Assembly: GCF_037042905.1 (NCBI RefSeq)
Contig: NC_087251.1
Span: 13,580,001-13,644,000 of the forward strand
Length of the DNA: 64,000 nucleotides
Source: Lytechinus pictus
Lineage: Eukaryota
Reading direction: 5' to 3'
Below are positions 24,586 to 37,000 of this stretch, piece by piece. The position numbers were made by a program, and so were the translations under genes. The notes beneath the pieces were generated by a model, which ran no database searches, had not been told where the DNA came from, and saw only the letters and a program-made list of their open reading frames with translations. Position 1 is the stretch's first letter, and every line of letters begins with the position of its first letter.

Positions 24586-27321
24586 TAAGATAAGATAAGA
24601 TAAGATAAGATATTTATTCGTCTTTCTTTCTGCACATACATTTCATCTTACAAGTATGATTTCACATTCTACAAATGAAAAAAATCAATTAACCATAAAT
24701 CATTGTTACAGTAGAAAAAAAGAAACATAGCAAATAACTAAACGTATTGAGAGAAAGACAAGGAGAACCCCTGAAAAAGCAAGGCTTGTAAGGCTAGAGT
24801 CTCCTTTGTTTCAAGTACATGACTGAATAGTATTCAGTGTTGACATGTAATATCGATCTTTAAAAATACAAAAGAAAAAAAAATGCAACAATAAAACAAA
24901 AAAGACAAACTAAAACTAATCAATGACAAAAAACACACACTAATAGAATACATTGCTTGAATGTACAGTTATGAAGTCTAATAAACTAACAACAATATGA
25001 TATAATTAAGTGATATATGATGGAAGAGGAAATAAGTATGGATAACACGGCATGAAAAAAAGAGGACGATCGTATGTATAAATAATAATAGTAAAGTAAA
25101 AAAACAAAACATGACAAAGGTAAAAGAAACACAAGAAAAGAATACAAAAGGAAAAAAACATGGGCTGACCCTCTGCAGAAGATTCCAGTTAGACAAGATA
25201 CAAGATAAATATATATTGTTATATCATAACATTCTCCAGTCTTATATACAGTTTTTTAGGCTCCAAAATTAAAAATAACATAGTATATAAAAGCATATCT
25301 TAACCTAGAGCAACTCACAAATAAAAATTAAGAAGATAACCTTTAAGTACACGCTGAAAAGTATAAAAGCTTACCGATTTTTTTATATTTGAATTGAGAG
25401 AGTTCCAGAACCTGGGTCCTGTATTTACAACTGTCCTAAAAGCAGAACTTGTATGTAACTTGGGTAAGTGGAATGCAGAAGCATTTCGTGTATAATAGTT
25501 ATGTATGTCACTATTCTTCATGAACATTGTGACCAGAGCTGGTGGCATGATGCCTGCATTGTATGCATACATTAGAGTACCAAGTTGAAAATCATAGATA
25601 TCTTGTAATTTTAGAATTCTATGCTCATAAAAAAGTGGGGTAGTATGCGAGCGATAGTTAACATTACAAACAATTCTTAAAACTCTTTTCTGAATCAAGT
25701 ACACCCTTTCTAGATTGGTTTTAAGAGAATTACCCCATGCAAGAACACCGTAATTGAGATACGGGAGAATTAGTGTTGAATACATCATACAAAGAATATC
25801 AGTAGAGAAAAAGGATTTTAATTTGTATATTACACCACTATTTTTTGATAATGTCTTACATAGATGATTTATATGGGTTTTCCAAATTAGTTTTTCATCT
25901 ATATGCAACCCCAGAAATTTGGTCGTCTTTACTCTATCTATTAACACATCATTAAATATAACATCACCTGAAACTTCTCTTATCGTGTTGCTAAAGAGCA
26001 TATAATTTGTTTTCTGCATATTTAGAGATAATTTATTTGCTTGAATCCACAAAGTGACTTTCCTCAGTTCACTATTAACTGTTTTTAAAAGGGTCTCAGG
26101 ATTCCTGTGGGAATGAAACAAACTTGAATCATCTGCAAATAAAATGAACGATAAAATATCAGAGGAATAGTGAAAATCATTAATATACACAATAAATAAT
26201 AACGGACCAAGGAGGGATCCCTGGGGAACACCACAAGTGACATTCTGTAAACCTGACTCAGCATCCTTTATTGAGACAAATTGTTTCCTGTCAGCTAAGT
26301 AACTCTTGAACCAGTCCAATGCTGTACCCCTGATACCATAATGTGATAACTTGCCAGTCAAAATATCATGATCTACTGTGTCAAAAGCTTTCGAATAATC
26401 AAGAAATATACCAATTGTATGCATCTTTTTGTCTATGGATTGTGATACTTTATCAATAAAATGTAGCAAGGCATGGGTGGTGGTATGTTTCTCGCGAAAG
26501 CCAAACTGAAATTTAGAAAAAATATTACTCTTGTTGAAAAATTTCAAAGTTCTAACATAGATCACTTTCTCAAGAATCTTTGAGAATGCAGTCAATAGAG
26601 AAATAGGTCTGTAATTATTCAGACATTGAGGGTCTCCTTTCTTAAAAATGGGTACGACCTTTGCAATTTTCATGTCAGTAGGAACTTTCCCACATGACAT
26701 TGATAGATTAAAGACATGAAGTAGGGGTTGAATAATTCCTAAGATAATTTCTTTAATTAAGTTGTTAGAAACCCCATCATAACCAGGACTTTTCCCGTTT
26801 TTAAGAGATTTCACAATGGTAAGCAGTTCTTCCCGAACTACTGGTAAGAAAAATAAACTTTTACTATTTTGCTCTTTCATAAAATCTCTGTAAGTCTGCT
26901 GAGAAAGTGGCACTGCCCGTGAAAGTTTTGGACCAATGCTGCAAAAGTAATCGTTAAAGTTGTCTGCTATAATATTCCTTTCTTCCACCACATGACCGTT
27001 AATTTCAATACTCTTTACATGAGATATCTTTTCCTTTGACTTGAATACTTTCTTAATCACTTTCCAAGTTTCCTTGATATCGTTTCTTGTTGCCTGAAAT
27101 TGAGTGCGATAATATGATTTCTTTGCAGTACGAAGGACTGAAGTAAGCGTATTTTTATAATTTACATAACGTTTACGTGAAGATTCGGTACCACGCACTT
27201 TATACGAATAATACAGCTTGTTTTTCTTGTTAATGGATCTCAACAAAGAAGCACTAACCCATGGCATAATAGGAACATTTTTACGATTTCTTCTACTTTG
27301 CTTTACAACTGGTACATTTTG
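24586..27321 (-). mobile_element. 5'-truncated non-LTR retrotransposon (CR1/L2/Crack group LINE)
   Basis: RT ORF plus ~700-nt 3' UTR ending in AATAAA-(TCTTA)n on the minus strand. The reading frame stays LINE-like to ~27321 (QNVPVVKQSRRNRKNVPIMPW) and then loses similarity. No endonuclease domain and no TSD seen. Confidence 0.9.
25315..27267 (-). CDS. LINE ORF2 reverse transcriptase fragment (650 aa, no endonuclease domain)
   Basis: KSPGYDG, YRPISLL, QFGFR, FLDYSKAFDTVDH, GVPQGSLLGPLLF, FADD and KFLG motifs in one uninterrupted ORF. Confidence 0.92.
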   Translation of the reverse strand: MPWVSASLLRSINKKNKLYYSYKVRGTESSRKRYVNYKNTLTSVLRTAKKSYYRTQFQATRNDIKETWKVIKKVFKSKEKISHVKSIEINGHVVEERNIIADNFNDYFCSIGPKLSRAVPLSQQTYRDFMKEQNSKSLFFLPVVREELLTIVKSLKNGKSPGYDGVSNNLIKEIILGIIQPLLHVFNLSMSCGKVPTDMKIAKVVPIFKKGDPQCLNNYRPISLLTAFSKILEKVIYVRTLKFFNKSNIFSKFQFGFREKHTTTHALLHFIDKVSQSIDKKMHTIGIFLDYSKAFDTVDHDILTGKLSHYGIRGTALDWFKSYLADRKQFVSIKDAESGLQNVTCGVPQGSLLGPLLFIVYINDFHYSSDILSFILFADDSSLFHSHRNPETLLKTVNSELRKVTLWIQANKLSLNMQKTNYMLFSNTIREVSGDVIFNDVLIDRVKTTKFLGLHIDEKLIWKTHINHLCKTLSKNSGVIYKLKSFFSTDILCMMYSTLILPYLNYGVLAWGNSLKTNLERVYLIQKRVLRIVCNVNYRSHTTPLFYEHRILKLQDIYDFQLGTLMYAYNAGIMPPALVTMFMKNSDIHNYYTRNASAFHLPKLHTSSAFRTVVNTGPRFWNSLNSNIKKSVSFYTFQRVLKGYLLNFYL

Positions 27322-27757
27322 AAGGAGTAGAATTCATTCATAATTGAATATTACATGCTGTATATACTAAGACAACAACAATCACATGCACCCCATACAC
27401 TAAAGAGGCATTATTTCCACTTGTTTTTGGATAAGATAAGATAATTACGACTTTTTGAACACTTTGTGGCAAGTGCAAATTAGTGTCTGCGTGTAGACTA
27501 TTTGATGATCAGCTGTTGAAGGGAAAGTCCCTTATGTAATGCTCACGAGGGAGATGCGTAGTCTTTACGAAATCTTTCATAATTATAACCTCCTGAAAAC
27601 GTTACTAACCTGTTTGTTACATTTCATACGAATCACCGCATCATTAAAACAATTTTGAATTTGTATGTGGTATGAAAATAAGGAAGAACATTACAGTTTT
27701 TAAAATTAGAACTTTTTTTTTTACAGATGACAAAAGAGATCAAAATATTGTTGTTTT

Positions 27758-28047
27758 AGTAGACCATGGACCTATAGGTCCATGAGTAGACTAGGCGACT
27801 TGCAATTTGCATCTCTTTTTTTTTATTGTGCGTGATCGATTTCGTCTGCGACGCGACCGGACTGCATCCGTCCTATAGTACGTTACGTATGTACACGTTC
27901 GTGCACCTGTTGATTGTTGCTAAGAATATTTGACAATCACTGCATTGGGCATTCTCAGGGAGCCTTGCATAGTTTGTTTGGCGTTAGATCCTCCTACTGT
28001 CTGTCTCGAGCATTTCACTTCTTTGAGATTGAATCGCAGAAGGAACA
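27758..28047 (+). promoter_or_regulatory. Probable legumain promoter / 5' UTR region
   Basis: CpG-dense patch (27795-27905) in otherwise CpG-poor DNA immediately upstream of the signal-peptide exon. The TSS cannot be determined. Confidence 0.45.
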
Positions 28048-31000
28048 ATGAAGGCAACGTGTATTCTCTTCCTCTGCCTCGTCGGCACAACTTTTGCTTT
28101 TCCAGAGCATCTTTTTGGTCGACAGTTTGCCGATCCTGACCCCGTCGTGAAACATTGGGCTCTCCTTGTTGCGGGTTCAAATGGATGGTACAATTACAGG
28201 CATCAGGTAAAATTTAGCATAGGTCTACCAATATTTGAAATGGCCATTAAATGAAAAAAAAACTTCATTTATTTTCATCTAATGCCAATGGAAGAAGAAG
28301 AAAGAATTGCAAAAAAAAAATAATTTAGCAGTAATATAAATATCTATTTTAAATAAATACCAAATACCTATATTAACTTTGATAAGTTTAAATGAAAACC
28401 GTTCGCTAGCTAGGGCCTAGGCTAGTCATAGACCAGAAGCTGTGGTCTCTGTGATATTGGTTGTTCCGCTGAACTCCGTTGGCTCCACTCACCAATTACG
28501 AGGAGAAATAAAAAAAAATGTTTAAAAACTCCTCGAAACAGACGGATGCCAGCTGTCTAGGCTAGTCATTGGCAATATAATGAACATGATGAATCAAATT
28601 ACAGGTACAACAATACTCTAACTAGAGGGATATACCGTATACACTAACTGTCTAATGCCAATGGAAGAAGAAGAAGGAATTGCCCCCCCCAAAAATCATT
28701 TAGCAGTAATAAATATCTCATAAAAATAAATACCAAATGTTTTAATTAACAAATGTAAATGTTGAACATCATCTGTCAAAAGGAAAGGTTGAGACATGAT
28801 CAAACACAATTTGTATGATATTTTTAGTGGAATGACACATTCTGTTTTTGAAGTATAATTTCTTCTTATTCTCTGGGTACACTGCCCCACAGTCGAAGCC
28901 ACCCGGGCAAAAATTGCGTGGAGAGAGAAGATGCTTATAGTCTTTGCTTTGCTTTGTATAAATATGAAGTATGTTTGGGATGAATGAATACTTGTAACAG
29001 TTTTTGTTGGTGGAGATGTGAATGAAGCTTACGGGAGAAGATTTCCGAAGGGGCCTTTGGACCAGGCTCACGACTTTTCGTACTGGAATAGCTAGGCGAC
29101 ACGCAAGCGCCTCACGCAGGGTTGTTCCACGGCTAACTTTTCGGCAGCGGTTCCCAGTCAAGCCTCTGCTTCATGGCCGAGACACTGTTTTAATACCTGG
29201 AATAGTCCCCTGTACTAGTATTATATTTAGTACTGTATTATGTTGGTCAACTCTGTTTGAGAGGTAAGAAACAGATACATGTCATCATTTTCCTTGAATT
29301 TGATCAATCTGAATTCTGAATTACATCTAAATTGAGGTGAATGCAGTTTTGGGGTTAGAATAACATATTGATAGGGAGATTATTGAAATGAGTTACAAGC
29401 CTAGATGTGTGTGCAGTCTCCTATAATTACGTACAGAATTTTTCAAATGTGATTTCTTCTGGCTTTTGTTGTTGATAAGTTTTCACGAGACCTGAGGGAA
29501 TTAAGAAATTGTATTTTTATGACAATTTGTAAGAAGCAGATTTTTAAGTTTTGAAAGTATTTCTGTCAGCGCATTTGTGTGAGTGGGATAATCTAGACTG
29601 AAAAAAAAATGTCTAATTCAGTTAGCAAAACCCTGAAAAATTCATCAAAATCTGATGAAAATTCAGTTTTTTTTTAACTTCAGCAATATTTTTCATTAAA
29701 AACTGTGTTTATATATCATAAATATGTAGCAGGTGTGCTGATGATGTCATGTCCCCACTTTCCCTTTTCTTCATAATTTTTTCATACAGTATAAACACAC
29801 CCTTGTAACAGTGTGTAATGACAGAAATTTCAGCTTATGGTTATCTCACACAGTAATTCTTCATAGTTTACATTCTTTGAGGAAGATTTTTTTTTTTATA
29901 AAATACAAAAGAATGAATTCAAGATTTGGCATCATCAGCTAACTCATTGCATATTTATGAATGCATGAAAATGCAGATTTTGAAATGTCATGACTTATTT
30001 ATTTTTTGTCCAATTTTTATGAAATTTTCATTGTTTTTTATTGTCTGATTATAAATATGTCTGTTCAAATCACATAACTTTTCAGCCTGGAATACCCCTT
30101 TATCAAAATACATGTAACTATCATTTCCAGCCTGAGTGAGCAGGGATTACATTGCAATTTTCTGAACAGGGGCTAAATTCATTTGTCCTTTTTCTGATAA
30201 CATGCCAAAGGACATTTCATATTGAACCTTGGGCTGCTCAAGTGCTGCCCATGCCAAAGGGGTAACTCATTAAATATTGGATAGTGTTTTGGGCATCAAT
30301 CCATGGAAAACACAAGAACAAACAGAATTCAGTGTATTATGGGCACTACCATTGTCCGCATTCGACAAATAAAGGGGTGGGTTTTTTTCCCCCAAAATAT
30401 GCATGGAAAAGGGTATTTCATCTGGCCCTTTGAAAGTTTGAAGCTCTTTACACAAATGTTTACAAAATGTATTTATGAATGTGTGTGATTGATATATTCT
30501 CAAAGGGAAAATTATGAACTACTCTTAAGATTTCTCCTTGATTTTGCAAGAAATAGTTGTAAAATGAAAAAAGAGAGGTGCCTTTGAAAAAAAGGGTAAA
30601 TAGGGAGTATTTTCACACTGCTTTTTCCTTGATTCTCTGCATAAAAGGGTGAAAATAGGTGAAATTTCCTTGATACCTAAATTGGGCCTTTTGAGGAATC
30701 TCTGGAATGGTCATGCACTACCCCTTTTTAACACAAAGTGGGCAGGCCAGGGATTGAGTTTCGCAGCAATTTACTGCCTAATTCCTGGTACTACAGTGTA
30801 CCTACATGTATAATTTCAATTAATACACTATATACCATTTACCCCAATCTCATGGTTTTTTTATTTCAACCATTTCTTATTTGTAATTTTTTTTTGGCCG
30901 AGTACATGTACATGTGCATGTATGTTTGCAAAGGTAGGCATACTTATTGAATTATTGCCGTTTTTTGCTCCAGTGAAATTTGATATTTTTATAACACATA

Positions 31001-34000
31001 GAGTAGATGTGCAATCCCATTTTGCATAAGATTCCAGATGCTATGTACATTATAAGGGCTTCAGGCCACTTGCCCATTGACTGTAGATTTATGCAGAACA
31101 AATAGAATTTAGATTTTAAAAGGGGTCACCAACAGACTGACGTAGTACCCATGTGTGTCCCCCATAACGCCCAAGAGTTCTGAAGAAAGGTGTCAATAAC
31201 ATTTTTTTTAAAGGGGTATTTTTCAGTCTTACATTCAACATTTTAAGGAAAAGGGTTATATTTTACATTTCTTATGCATGACATTTAGGGGCACGTTTTA
31301 CATATATACGCCATTTACATGTACAATGTATGGGTAGAATTTTACACCAAGGAGTATGCAGGTATCATGCCATTAAACCTTGGTCACATTTGCTCTACGG
31401 CGAGTTGAAAACAGCCAATTTAACATTTTTTGTACCAGCTGCATATAGGTGGTTTGAATTAAAATTAATAAAACGGCTGTTTTTGACTCGCCGCATGGCC
31501 GCCGTAGAGCAAATGTGACCAAGGTATTAGGCTTCAATATTATTTGAGGTACTTAGAAGAAAATTTTCACTACTAAGAAAATTAAAAGAAAGCAAAGCAA
31601 AGGGAAGGGGGTGAAATATGATACTACATGTACAACGTGTTTGTTTCAGTTTTATGTTAAAATCTAGATAACAAAATAGATTTTTTTGTTTAAAATGTCA
31701 AAATTGTTGGTCGCACGCGCAGCGTTTTGAGTCTGGCCCCCTCAACATATTTGGCTTACTACACCTGCTGCAACCCATGTATAGAACTGGTAATGTGTTT
31801 CTGGCCTGTGATGCTTAGGCTTGAAATTGTGAAAAAAGTTTGTTCACATCCACATCTGTAACAATATTTTGTCATCTGTATTTATATTCAATTTGGGGAG
31901 GTACTGATCACTAAAGGAAAAGGTGCAGCTTAATTTGTATTTGTGTTCATTCTATTGTGGGTGTGGGGCCATGGGGCAAAAGATTGTGGGGTTGTGATAT
32001 TCATGAATTGCGACCTTGTCCTGAGAATGACCCCCATTCAGAATGGTATCACGCCCATTTTTGTTAATTTGTATACTAAGAATTAGAAAAGTGTATTTTG
32101 TTGATATTGTATGCATCTTAATAATTAAGAACTGCATATTTGCTTTTAAAAATATGGTTAAGCTGATTTGTCATGAATCAGTTAATATTCATCAAATTTT
32201 TTTTTAGTAACAAAACTCATCATTTATGACTTCAATTTATGGTATTACTGTATAGATTAAGATATAATAAAAGTTGATATCTTTATTTGTGAATGAGCCA
32301 TTGTGTATCAATTGTTTGTGTTCTGTGTAATCGCAAACATGCGGATTCTAGTATCTATTTGTGTAAATATTGATTCTGTTTTTAAAAGTCTTAATAAAAA
32401 TGTTAAGTGGTGTCACAAGACGTCATCCCTGTTTTAATAACCTCTACTGCTTCTAAATTTAACTTAAACTAAAGATGGCCCTGCAAAACCAAGCTAAGCA
32501 ATTGATTAAGTAAGAATGATTTTTACAATTGATTATATTGATCATTATGTGCAATTGATCAATTAAATCAACTCTACGATCAGTCAATAATGTTTGTGTC
32601 ACAGGCACCAGAAGTTGAGAACAAACTTTTACTATTGTTATTGATCTTTCTGATAATATATGTATGTGTGTTGTATCAGTGATGCACAATGAGATCACAT
32701 GTGCAGGCTTGTCTTTATTATGTTTTTAACATTGTTTATCTTCAAAAGAACCAACTTGTGTTTTGAAATTTCAAATTTTACTTTATACATGTACATGTAC
32801 AGTATCGATATGGCACAAGCTGAGAATATACTAAGTAAACATAGAGAGATCCTCTAATGACATTCATTGTTTTCATGAGAATAAATTTTGTTTTTAATTT
32901 TCAAAGTGGTTATGGTATCGATATGATTAAGCCATAATATTACTTTTCAATTTCTATATCCATATTGGAACAATTTTTGTCTTGCCTGCATAGTAGAGTG
33001 AGACTACAGTGCGTATAAAAAAAGGGACAGTTTTGAAAAGTCTATAAAAATGTGTTTCAAAATATTATATCTATATTTTGATGTTAATAGATGCTCTGAG
33101 ATCTTGAAATGGCATTAAAAAAAATTAATTTTGTTCATGCTTGAGCGAACGCGGGACGTTTTTGTCGGGGGTTCAAAAAGAGGCCTGCGCCAAAATGGCA
33201 GAAATGAGAAATTTGATGATTAGACTTTTGGCTAATCAGCAGACTTTTTCTTAATCTTTTTATTATCTTTGCCATAATTTTCGAATTATGCTGTCAAATT
33301 TCATTTACAAATTTATTTATTGACCTGAATTATTTTGTTTTTCATTTAAACTTCTTTTACCTTTGAATTTTCCTTCATAAGTAAGAAAAGAAGACTTTTT
33401 GTCAACCCAAGTAAGAAGATAATTGGGAGGATTTGTAATTATTCAAATCCTTTTATTATGTGAAACAAATTATGTTATGGTACCTATAAAAGACATGAAT
33501 CCTATTTTCAAGGGGTTATTGAATCCTTCACCAAGTTTAATGTGCTTGACAGGACAAACAGGAAAGGATTCATGTCGTTCAATGGCAATGGTGTATTGAG
33601 TCAATTTTGAAGGAGCAAGATATGGCAGATCGGGTAAAATGTACTAAAAAGTTGTGAAGCGAGCAAACAAAAATTTCCACTTTTTTATTAAAATATCAAA
33701 TTTTGTGATTTTGACATAATATTCAGAAAATGATATCATATTTCACTTTCTATGTTTTCTGTTATTTTTCTTTCCACTTTTTTTTCTTGGTCATGATTTT
33801 TTTAAAATTTTATTTGGGGGGGGGGGGGTGAGCACCCCGAGCCCCCACCTATCAGTATGCCACTGTTCAAAGGCACCATAACCTTTGTAGCACACAATGA
33901 AAGGATTTGAAAAAAAAAACATGCTCTCCCATACTTCGGTTAAAAAAAAAAAAATTTCTTGCCTAAAGAAGGAATATTTAAAGGTAAAAGAGAACATATA

Positions 34001-37000
34001 TTAAAAAGGAACAACAACAGAAATATTCAAGCAAATAAGTAGATATGGAAATGAATTTTGACCGCATAATTCAAAAATTGTGGCAAAGATAATGAAAAGG
34101 TTAAGAGGAAGTCTGCTGATTAGCAAGAAGTCCGACCATCATATTTATAATTTTATGCCATTTTGGCGCAAGTCTCTTTTTTAACCCCAGACAAAAACAT
34201 TCCGTGTTTGCTCAAGCATGAACAAAACTAAATTATTTTAATGGCATTTGAAGGATAAGACTTCAGAGCACCTATTGACACCAAAATATAGAGATCATAA
34301 TTTGAAACAAAAATTTTATAGACTTTTCAAATCTGTCCCGGTTTTTTTTATACGCACTGTTTAGGTGCTGCTTTTCTAACGGCGGCGGCGACAGAGGTGG
34401 CAGCGGCGTCAATATCAAATCCTGTCTGAGTGTCAGGTTACATGACCAAGGTCAAAGGTCATAGGGTCAATGAACTTAGACCATGTTAGGGCAGTCAATA
34501 TCGAAATCTTAACCTAAGTTTAAGTTTTTGAAATGTCATCATAACTTAGAAAGTATATGGACCTAATTCATGAAAATTGGCCATAAGGGTAATAAAATAT
34601 TATAGTAGACCGGCCAAAACGATTTTTTATACTTTGGACGGCAAAATTTGTTAATGCTTGCTAATGCTTGGCATCCCAGCTAATAGTCTTGCAAAAATAC
34701 CCAGGAATAGCGTACGGCCGGATGCCAAGCGCAATTTTGCGTGAACGTGTCATTTTAGCGTAAAATCTGAAAGAATGTCGAAAATCACGCATTTTGATAT
34801 TTTGACGGATTATCATCATATTTTTTATTATCTTTGATATGAAATTATTTTTATTCAGAGTTTCAAATTATAAGTCTCATAAATATGCATTTCAAATTTG
34901 AATATTACACACACACATATGGCACAGGGAAACATAAAACCGCGATTTCCTCAAAATAAAAGTTTGTGAAAACTATCAATAGTTTAAAGTTTTTTACGCA
35001 ATTTAAATTCTTCGATTCAAATGCGTTTCTCAATCAAATATATAGTAAATGTCCTAATGCCACAAATATTAAAAGAATTTTCAAGTAAGATGGAATATAT
35101 CTCATTTTATGTTATCCGAAAGGAGACAATGTGCATTTACCAGGTGCGCATTTTGAAAGAAAAATTGAAAAAACCGTACATTATGTACATTATTACATGT
35201 ATAAGTACATACTAAAGCGAGTTTTTAATTACATGTATATGTACACACTAAAGCGAGTTTTTAATTGAATAGAACAATTTGTCAATTCTTTGCATCCCAG
35301 CTCAAATTCTTGCGGAAATACTGAGGAATAACGTACGGGCGGAAGCCAAGTGCACTTTTGCGTGAAAGTATCATTTTTAGCGTGAAATCTGAAAGACTGT
35401 CGAAAATCAAGCATTTTGATATTTTGACAGATTATCATCATATTTTTGATTATCTTTGATATGGAATTATTTTTATTCAGAGTTTCAAATTATAAGTCTA
35501 GTAAATATGCATTTCAATTTGGAATATTACACACACATATATGGCAATATGAAATATAAAATCGTGATTTACTAAAAATAGAAGTTTGTGAACACTATCA
35601 ATAGTTCTAAGTTTTTTTACAACTTAAATTCTTCGATTTAAATTGGTTCATCTATTGAATATTCAAGTAAGATGGAAGAAATATTTTCCGAAAGGGGGTA
35701 TGCAAAATTTAGCGAGGGGGGGGGGCATTTTGAATGTAAAATTGAAGATACTGTAAATTATTTTTAATACTCTTCCTTTAAACATACAAACTTGTGGATC
35801 ATTTATTATTTTTAAGAAGCATTGTAAACAACTAAGTTTAGAATTTTAGTTCATTTTTAAAGTAAACTGAATACATTTTAACTGAATTCCGATATAATCA
35901 TATGTGATAGTCATAGTGGGCTTTATAGTGGGGTCGGGGATGGGGAGGGATTGTTGTTGTTGTTTTCTTTCTTTAAATATATTATTGTAATCTATATTTT
36001 TATATATGTATACCTGTTTAGCATTTTTTTTCTTCTTCTTTTTACTTGATGTTAATAAAAAAAAAAATCGAGGATAAGACCGCCATTATGACATAACTGG
36101 CATTAACTGATTTTATTGTATTACTCTATTTTTACTATTTCTATTTTTTATCATGCTGGTATTATTTGTTGTTCTCTGGTTTTTATAGTTGTTTTCTCTG
36201 TATGTTGTATGTAATGTTTTACTCTTTTTACATTGTATGATATTGTAATATTTTATTGTTAACATTTGAACAGGGCTCTCTTGTAAAGCAGTTGTATACT
36301 GAAGAGACTACCCTGGGTAAATAAAACAAAATAAATAAATAAATAAATAAATTATTAAATAAATGTGAATACGGTATGTCCAATCTTTAGCTCTTAGTCT
36401 CTCCCAATTTTAGCTCGCGCTTTTGCGCTAACGTTTTTGTTAAGTAAGATATTCATCTTTTTCTACATTAAAAACATGTTTAAAATCCTTCGTTTAAATC
36501 GACATTTTCAGTTCACGCTTCGCGCTCGCATCAAATGCTACAATTAAATACTGATCATTGTTCATGATTTGACGATTTTTGTTTTACCTCATTTGCTAAG
36601 AAAGCGTGAATGCTTCTAAGCTAGCAACCAGATGACCGATGGCTTAAGGTACTCTCCGAGGGACCTATAGGACTAAAATGCCTTATTACCATTTAAATGC
36701 CTTGCTTGGCACTAGCGCGCCAAGTGGGAATCGAACCCAGGCCACCGGAATCCGAAACCCCCTCACTACCGATTGAGCTATCGCGCCTTAGAATGTTTCG
36801 TTTCTAATATAAAAAAAAGCCAGCTCGGCTTGTGCTGGATTTTTTTAAAAACAGATACATAACATTCTTTATTTCAAAACGTCATCAAAATGTCCAGTTT
36901 ACGGATTGGAATATAAAAATCAGATTGCGTTTCGGGCTCGCATCAATAGCCTATATATCATTTTTTTAAAATATGTATTAAATGCTCCGTTTCACGTCAG

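Noticed and set aside
25315..27267. RT as part of a retron, DGR or domesticated RT system
   Set aside because: Motifs, 5' truncation, 3' UTR and microsatellite tail are those of an ordinary LINE copy.
28769..29267. 130-aa and 81-aa ORFs as a nested gene
   Set aside because: Explained by a decayed LINE 3' fragment.
29580..30102. Further Kolobok-like remnants (also ~11320-11800, ~16485-16750, ~43450-44280)
   Set aside because: Family-like motifs are visible but both termini and TSDs could not be fixed, so they are not called as features.
36715..36787. Possible tRNA gene (also 51480-51547)
   Set aside because: A and B boxes are present but the stems are degenerate and both copies continue into a shared non-tRNA body, so these are SINE heads.
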